Program-made: the position numbers and the translations under genes
Assembly: GCA_013239625.1 (NCBI GenBank)
Contig: MU053994.1
Location: 1,553,775-1,617,774, forward strand
Source of the DNA: Lama guanicoe
Lineage: Eukaryota
Length of the DNA stretch: 64,000 bases
Direction of reading: 5' to 3'
Shown: positions 57,044-64,000 of the stretch, piece after piece
Position numbering within the stretch: position 1 is the stretch's first letter
Layout: the number at the start of each line of letters is the position of its first letter
Notes under the pieces: generated by a model
Told to the model about the DNA's origin: nothing
The model's database searches: none
The model's input: only the letters and a program-made list of their open reading frames with translations

Positions 57044-58946
57044 GTCTTAGAAATCAATAGTTTCTCAATCGGCCCCCTCCTTTTCCTGATGCAGAAATTG
57101 GAACCCAATCACATGCAATGATTTGGCCCAGAGGTGCCCCAGAATCACCCCAAAGCCCCAGATCTCCCATCTCCCAGCTTCAGCCAGACTTCCTCTCCCT
57201 CGGCGGGACTTTGTGTCATTCTAGAAGGGCACTGAGAGTCTTCAGAGATCCCCAGTCCCTTGTGTGTGTGGACAGCCCCGAGCGGGAGATACAGCTCTCA
57301 TCTCAGAGTGGTGGAAACCACACGGTCAGTTTACGACAGAATTTCTGGCTTTTTCTTGCTAGGGAAAAAAAATATATGTCTCGGTAAAATCCATTATGTA
57401 TTCTGGGTATACACAACGAGTTTGTCTTGAGACGTATTTATGCCCGAGAATATTATGTATTCTCTTTATATACCATGCAAGGTTAAATTTTTTGAAAATT
57501 TGTATTTGCTTTTTATCACCCAGACATCTAAGCGATTTATAGCCAGGCCGGAATGGATTGGAATCAGATGGCAAAAACCCAGATTAACCCCCTGGATCCT
57601 GGTGGCCCTTGGTCAGTCTTTGCTATTAATGATACTTTCAACCGAGTGAATGCATTCAAGATTTTCCTTTGAAGGTAAATATGCAGGTGGGTATCATTTT
57701 TGCAATGCAGGCACTTCCTCTTGCTGCTTAAGTTCATCCAGCATTTTTTTTTTTGTTAAAAAGACAGACATATTGAAACAGTCACACACTGAATAATTCA
57801 TATGGAAAAATTTGGGGGAGAGCTAAATAGAGGTGACTCGTGGTATATTCTTACTTGCTGGTTGTTGGAAGTTGCAGCATTTCTGTATTACATAATTGCT
57901 AGTCGCCAGAAATGCAGTGGTCGAGGCAGCTAGGCTCACATGGCTCCTTCTGCTCCAACCCTCCAGTCACTCAACCAAGTCTTAATAGTCCTCTTTTGGA
58001 AAGAAAATATGCTCAGAGGATGCTGGCCCCACCCAGGGGTGGTCAGGTAGCACCCCTATAGGAGCTGCACGCTGAACGCACGACTTTCTCACACCTCCAC
58101 AAGCATGGGTGCAGGTGCACACCCCCAGCCACTCGCGTGATCGATCACCCACAATTTTCTGCCAGACCCAAAGAGGGCCTTTCTGTGCAAATCCCTGGCC
58201 GAGGGTGGTCCCGAGAACGGCGCAGCATTCACCCAGGTGCAAAAGGCAGCCAGAGGATGAATCATTATTATTTTTTTAATCAAGTAACAGACCCAGGTGT
58301 AGCAGCAGCCCAGCTTTCTAATATCACTGTGGCTTTGATAAATATGTCCCATTCCTTGATAACTTTTCCAAATCCTTTAATATCCTGCAGCTCAGTCCCT
58401 GATGTCTGCCTGTCGCAAAAATGTGTGAAGGGAGACCAAATGTCAATAAAATCTCCCTGCCTGCCTCAACCCACGACATAATCAGCTCCAAGGTAAATAA
58501 ATGGTAAGTTAGTTATCTGCTGCTGGGGAGGGGGCGCTCTGGGCTTCTCCGGCTTTCATTTTTGCCTGCTTATGGCGCTGACTAAAGCGTCTTCTTATTC
58601 TAATGTCTTCTGGGGGAAGGTGTTGGATGTTTTCCCCCTTTTTCTTTCTTTCCTTTTTTTTCCTCTTCCCCTTGGAGGGACAGCCTACTCGGCTTTTCTG
58701 CAACGGCTGTCCGCTTTCTGCTTCGCTCTCCGCAACTCCATTAAATCACCTTTCATCACATTAAATACAGGTCTTCAGGGTGGTCAGAGAGCTTCGCTCT
58801 GAGGGATGATGTTATAATGAGGGCGACGTGTATGAAAAATCATTTTTCAGCTCAATCGCAGGCAGGCCACAGGGAAGACTGGAGGGGGTGGGGGGAGGTG
58901 CCGAGCTTGTCTCACTTCAGACAAGAACCAGGTTCCTGAGGGGAGA

Positions 58947-59085
58947 TTTCATTCATTCACTCATTCATTCATTCATTCATCAAATGCATAGAGAGCAACA
59001 CTCCGTGTCAGGCTCTGAAATACATCAATGAACCGAAGAGACAGAAAGAGCCCTTCCCTCATGGAGCTTCCATGAATAGAAGCAT
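58947..59085 (-). mobile_element. L2 3' terminus with (TTCA)n tail
   Basis: (ttca)n followed by 'ccctcatggagctt'. Confidence 0.85.
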
Positions 59086-59605
59086 CTGAAAGCCTTTGGG
59101 GGAAGGTGCTTAAAGTCAGACTCACAGGAAAGCAGAAGAGGGGGCTGAGCTGAAGAGTTTCAGGGCCCCTGCCCATAAGTTACTCCCAGGCCAGCACCAA
59201 AGAGTGGTATTCTTTTGAGCTCGATTGTCCTTTTTTCCAAGAGCAATTGCCCTTGGAAGGGATTAGTTGTTATCACTCTCTAGCACCTTCGTGTGAATTT
59301 ATTTATTGGCTCCTCTTCCTGCCTCACTAGGAGGGCCTCCAAGGCTGCCAAAGGCAGGAAAATCCTGAAAAGGCGGTGGCAAAAGAGATCAGGACAATTG
59401 GGGCCAGCCTTTCTCCTCCGAGTCCCCTGGGGACCCCTGTTAGCTCATAGGCTGTTCCCACTGAACGACCCAGGGACACGAAAGGAGCTCTGCAGATAAA
59501 AGGCCAAATGACACTGAGGTTCTTCCAAGTTCAAATAACTTCTAGCTGCCTCTCCTAGTGGTGATGATGGCTCCCCGCAGTTGTTTCACTGAAGGGACTG
59601 CACCA

Positions 59606-60235
59606 TGCGTGGTTAGTGTCTTGAAACCCTGCCCACACCAAACTCTTAAACAACAATTGTTTTATTATGCGTGTGGATTCTGTGGGTCAGGGATTCAGGC
59701 AGGGCTTAGGGAGGATGGTTTGTTTCTGCTCCAGGATGTTTGAAGCCTCAGCTGGGAAGGCTCCGAGGCTCAGGGGGACTTGAAGCCGGTGGCTGGAATT
59801 GGGAATCATCTGAAGGCTCCTTCACCCACCTGTCTGGCACTTGGGCTGGGAAGACTCAAAGGCGATCGGCCAGATGCCTCCTACAGGGAGCCCGTGTGGC
59901 TTGGGCCTCCTCACAGCGTGGCAGCCTCAGAGCAGTCAGACTTCTTATCCGGCAGCTCAGGGCTCCAGGTGCCAGCGCGTCAGGAACAGGTAGGAGCCGC
60001 CTCTCCTTTTACAACACAGCCTTGTAAGTCCCCCAGGATCACTTCCACTATATTCTACTGATTGAAGCAGCCACAAGCTCCCCACCCACACGTTCAACAA
60101 GAAAGGACCTAGACCTCACCTCTCCGTGAGAGGAGTGTTGAGGTCATACTGTGTGTGGAAGAGCCTGTGAGTTAGGAGACACTGTTGGCTGCCATCTTTG
60201 GAGAATGCATCATGTGCGTCTGCTCTCTGACCACA
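59606..60235 (-). mobile_element. MaLR LTR (MLT1F/H-like)
   Basis: 'cttaaacaacaa...gattctgtgggtcagggattcaggcagggc', 'ggaatcatctgaaggctccttcac' and 'gccatctttgga'. Confidence 0.85.
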
Positions 60236-60369
60236 ATTCACATCCTCCTTCCCATCCTTCTGTGCGTAATTCAAGCCCCCTCCTCCAGGAAGCCTTCTCT
60301 GATCCTTGCAGTCCACTTTAGTTCCTGTTTTCTGTATTTAAAATTACTGGGTGGTGGAGGAGGAGGAGT

Positions 60370-60590
60370 ACTAGGACTAGTACAAGTAGAGCGTTAACAT
60401 TATGGGGCATAATCTTTCATTAATACTAACTCATCAAATCCTCCGAAGAATCCCGTAAGGTAGGTGCTCTTCCAGCCTTTCACAGCAAAGGAAAGTGAAG
60501 CCAGAGAAGTTAGACTACCTGCCGGAGCCACACTGGTAACAAGAGGCAGAGCCAGAGTTCAAACCGAGACAGTCAGCTGTGGCGTCTGCC
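60370..60590 (-). mobile_element. MIR
   Basis: 'ggaaagtgaagccagagaagttag...ggcagagccagagttcaaacc'. Confidence 0.75.
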
Positions 60591-61675
60591 TCTCCCTGGC
60601 CTCCGAAGCTGGCTCTCCGGAGCTCTGACTTAGCACAGTTCATTTTCCTCAGCCGGTCTGAAACAGCTACACCACCTCGAGCCGTGGCACTTCGAGGGAT
60701 TTCTAAATGGATGTCCATGCGCGCCGGCAGCCCCCAACCCCCAAACTGAACACGATCACAAGTGCCAGCAATGCGCATTCACGCAGCTGCCCTGCTGACC
60801 CCGGCCTGGGCCGGGCCAGGAGGATGCTCTCTGCAGCGTTTGTACCAGAGCCTCCAGAGAATCGTTCCACGCCAGAGTACCTTGAGCAGGGAAGGGCATC
60901 GGAGGCTGCTGGCCAACAGGGATGTCCAAGGTGCCTGCACGGGCACACCAAAAAGCCAAAGGGAAAGCAATTGCTAGATGGAGAAGTAAAAACTAGATTT
61001 CAAGATGGTTTTAATTCTGGGCTCCGGGAGTCCTGAGTTGAGAGAGAGAGACAGAGGAATGATTTAGAACTGCAGGGTTTTATGGGCGGCAGAGCCTCTT
61101 TCAGCCTGAGCAGGCAGATTGAGAGATTCGTAAACAACTAAGGAGCAAGCCCCAGATAGAGCGCACCGTCTAACAGGCGGAAGGATGAGGGCAGGATTCC
61201 AGGGAGGCCCTGAGCCACGTGAAAATGATTCAGGTCATAAAAGACCGTGCCTGGGCGCTTAGTAGCTGAACAAAAGCATTCCACATGCGCGCAAAAGTGG
61301 CTTCAGAAAAAGAACAGGTTTTCCTCGCTGGCCATTCTGGCCTGTAAATGAAGGCCTCAGACCTTTCCCTCAAAGCTGCCTTGGCCCTGGAAGAGCCAGT
61401 CTTGGAGGTGAAGTGGGGGGCGTTCAGTCTTAACCAGAATGTCGGCAATTCTTGGCTGCCCAGTGCCTGAAGGTGTGTCTTCCGTCAGCCCCAGCCGGTG
61501 GTCTGTGTGACTCTGGAGAAGCCAAGGGCACTGAGGGCAATGACCTTGGCCTTAGGCCACAGAAGCAGGAAGAAATGTGGAGGTGGGGAGACCAGCTTAT
61601 TTTCCCGAATGGGCTACTTAACTCCTTGGGGAAGAGGTCAAGTAGCTCCCAGGGGCAGCCTTCTACAAGGGAGGG

Positions 61676-62348
61676 TGCCTGAGGTTGGGTTGCCCCAGAA
61701 GCCGACCCTGAAACAAAGAAATGAGTGCAATGAGTCATTTATTTGGGAAATGCAAGAAACACTGGCAGGGCAGTAGGAAAGGGAGACAGGGAACGGAAGG
61801 CAGCCCATAACGGGTGCGTTATCAAGCCAGCTGTGGGCCACGGGCGCTTCATCCCAGTGGGAAAACTAAGATAGAACAAGAACGGTGCTTCTCAGGGTAT
61901 CCAGGTCAAGGGCCAGGTTTTTTGGTGTCGGTATCAATCCATTGTAGATGAATACTTTCGTAAAGCACCGTACCAATGTCCCAGCAGTGTCAAATTGCCC
62001 TAAAAATTCTGAAAGGAGGACTCTGTGTGTACTTATCTCAAAGTGAATGAGGAATAAGCATTTCACAGTTTGTCACCAGTCCAGGGACCGTACTTTGAGT
62101 AGTATTGGTGCAGAACACACCACGCCCCCGGCATCCCATGGAGCTGGGCTATTTATACACCAACTCCCTTTTGTCATTGGTTAAGGGGGTGTTTGAGAGT
62201 GTGGGGGATTTTTCTGTGCACACGGGTGGAGTGGTGGTGCAGTTTCTAAAAAGCTGTTGGGCAGAGAGATGCGGATACTGGCAGCTGGGAGACAGCCTGA
62301 ACCCACCCACAGAGGGAAGAGGGCAGGGCGTGGACAGCATCTGGTACA
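61676..62348 (-). mobile_element. ERVL LTR (LTR33-like) interrupted by a hAT MITE
   Basis: 'ggttgggttgccccagaagccgaccctgaaaca', 'gggtgcgttatcaagccag', end 'acagcatctggtaca'; flanks gaggg/gatgg (4/5 TSD). Confidence 0.82.
61883..62107. mobile_element. hAT-Charlie-type MITE nested in the LTR
   Basis: Degenerate TIRs cggtgcttctca / tttgagtagtattg; LTR sequence resumes after it. Confidence 0.6.
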
Positions 62349-63069
62349 GATGGGTCCACTCCATCCTTTCCCCTGTGTTGCTCTGGTCAGCACTATGCTG
62401 GAGCTTGAAGCAAAATCAAGGCAGAGGGCAGATGGGTGCGCCTAGAAAGCCGGGAGCTCTGAACCTGCAAGTCAGGACTTCACTGTGGCTGGTTGTAAGT
62501 CTAGAGGCAATATGGGGGGCACTCTATTTTAGCTGCCTAGCCCAGCATCTGAATTCAGCTCTCATCCAAGCCCTGCTTAAAAAAAAAGCAGCCCCAGGAC
62601 CTCATGTCAGCTCTGATCAACCCCGAAATGCAGAGGGGCTCTTTTCCTGACCTAAGGCTGTTTGATTTGCTGCTGTCTGGAGCTCGTGCAGCAGGTGCCT
62701 CTGCCGCTGCTCGCTTCTTTTCCAGGGGACCCGGCAGCTACTTCTGGTCATGCGATCAACTCTTGGTCCGCAAGTTGCAGGTACCGGGTGACTGTAGTCA
62801 CGGTGAGGATCAAGGGATTGAAGAGTCTATCTCAGCTACCCGGGGGTCCTCAGAGGGAAGTCAGAGCCGCCTGGCCACCCTGCAGTCAGCAGCACTCCTG
62901 GGATGGTTCATTCCAGGGAACCAGGGAAGATGAGGGTAACGCTGAAATGACGATGGCATCAAGAATGGGTACCTCCAGACTCCACCTGGCCTTGACCTCC
63001 CGCTGGGCCCTTAATACACCCTATTTTATGGTCAGAGGAACGGTTCAGAGATATGTGTTACTGTGACTG

Positions 63070-63260
63070 AGAGCGACATCTCGGCTGTCACACTGCCTGG
63101 GTCAGGACGCTGGATCTGCTGCCTCCAAGCTGTGCGACTTCATGTGCCTCGGTTTGTGCCCCCATCTGTCTAATGGAATTCCACCTACTTCCTCGAGTTG
63201 TTAGTGTATTAAATGAGCTGGTGTCTGTGATGCGCTGAGATCGGATTGAGGCCTACAGTC
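63070..63260 (+). mobile_element. MIR
   Basis: 'cactgcctgggtcagg...gctgtgcgactt...tgcctcggtttg...attaaatgag'. Confidence 0.75.
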
Positions 63261-63828
63261 CTGAATCCACCCAGGTCAGGCCCCCAGCTCAGCTGGCTGG
63301 CAGCTGCCTGGCCTCAGGCCAGCAGGGCCCCGGTTCTCTGGGGAAGTGACTAGTAGCATGTCTGCCGGGCCCCCCTGCGGCACGATTTCACCGTTGTCAA
63401 ACAGACGGCAGCCAAGGAAACGAGTGTGACTAAAACTTTCCATTTTCGACGGCTGGCTCTGTGATGACATGCGGGCCCCAGACCCAGGGCTTCCGCCGCC
63501 CCCCGCCGCTGCTCTGCCTATTATTGCCACCTGGGGAACTTCTTACGCTCAGTGCCTCAAAGGCCAGGAAGGTTTTCACCTCAGGGGACAGACCCCAGGG
63601 TCGTGGTCATCCGCTTAACCTCTCTGGGTCACGTTTCTCCCCCACCGCCCTCACGGTCGGCTGTATATGTGCCCAAGGGGATGATGGGATGCGAACGTTT
63701 CCCAGATTAGATAGGTCAAAGGTTAAAGGTTCACAGATCTGCCTGATCCAGCCCAGAGTCACACATAATCCAGGCCCCCGTAATCATTTCCAGTTTCCTA
63801 ATTAGTTCACCCTTATTTCCAACCATGG

Positions 63829-64000
63829 TTCAGGTTGCCAGATAAAATACAGGACGCCCAGGTACATTTGATGTTCAGATAAACAACGAATGTTTTTTGG
63901 TATAAATATACCCCCAACGTTGCATAAGACATACTAAAAACGTATCCATTGTTTATCTGAAATCAGAGTGTAATTGGGCATCCTGTATTTATTTGCAAAA
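63829..64000. mobile_element. palindromic hAT MITE (MER53), running off the window end
   Basis: 'ggttgccagataaaatacaggacgcccag'; inverted arms 63845-63860/63975-63990 and 63874-63886/63949-63961. Confidence 0.9.

Noticed and set aside
62726..62780. Possible 55-nt plus-strand exon (cttcttttccAG...CAG|GTACCG)
   Set aside because: Weak donor, not frame-preserving, peptide unrecognised; expected by chance in 64 kb.
1..64000. Protein-coding genes among the ORF-track entries
   Set aside because: All are short, many start at non-ATG codons or overlap repeats, and none resembles a protein I recognise except L1 ORF2 fragments; there is no coherent exon chain.
1..64000. Prokaryote-type systems (CRISPR array, operon, defence island) or a novel multi-gene system
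   Set aside because: The DNA is mammalian and repeat-rich; I saw no regularly spaced direct repeats with unique spacers and no gene-dense segment.
1..64000. Naming the locus or neighbouring gene
   Set aside because: The composition suggests a developmental-gene desert or large intron, but I cannot identify it without an alignment.

Overview
This window is eukaryotic (mammalian) non-coding DNA. It is most likely camelid: there is a Vic-1-like tRNA-derived SINE at ~43.8-43.96 kb and cetartiodactyl-type L1 3' ends, and I saw no Alu, Bov-tA/BovB, PRE1 or carnivore SINE. I found no convincing protein-coding gene; the only ORF-track peptides resembling a known protein are broken pieces of L1 ORF2p. 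The window is a mosaic of old repeats (MIR, L2, MaLR MLT1, ERVL LTR16/LTR33/MLT2, hAT and Tigger MITEs) and a few younger L1 insertions with readable target-site duplications (TSDs). Several 1-2 kb repeat-free, motif-rich stretches look like enhancers of a developmental-gene desert or a large intron. There is one 239-bp N gap. I found no evidence of a new biological system. The best-supported curiosities are a 28-bp twin-priming inversion in an L1, an internally deleted L1, and an L2 end split by two insertions. More speculative are all eight ERVL LTRs lying on the minus strand, a candidate 33-nt exon or recursive splice site at 22.06-22.10 kb, and a CTCF-like motif in a CpG-rich MER5A. Repeat family names come from my recall of consensus sequences, not from alignments. 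Boundaries without a stated TSD or terminal inverted repeat (TIR) are approximate.
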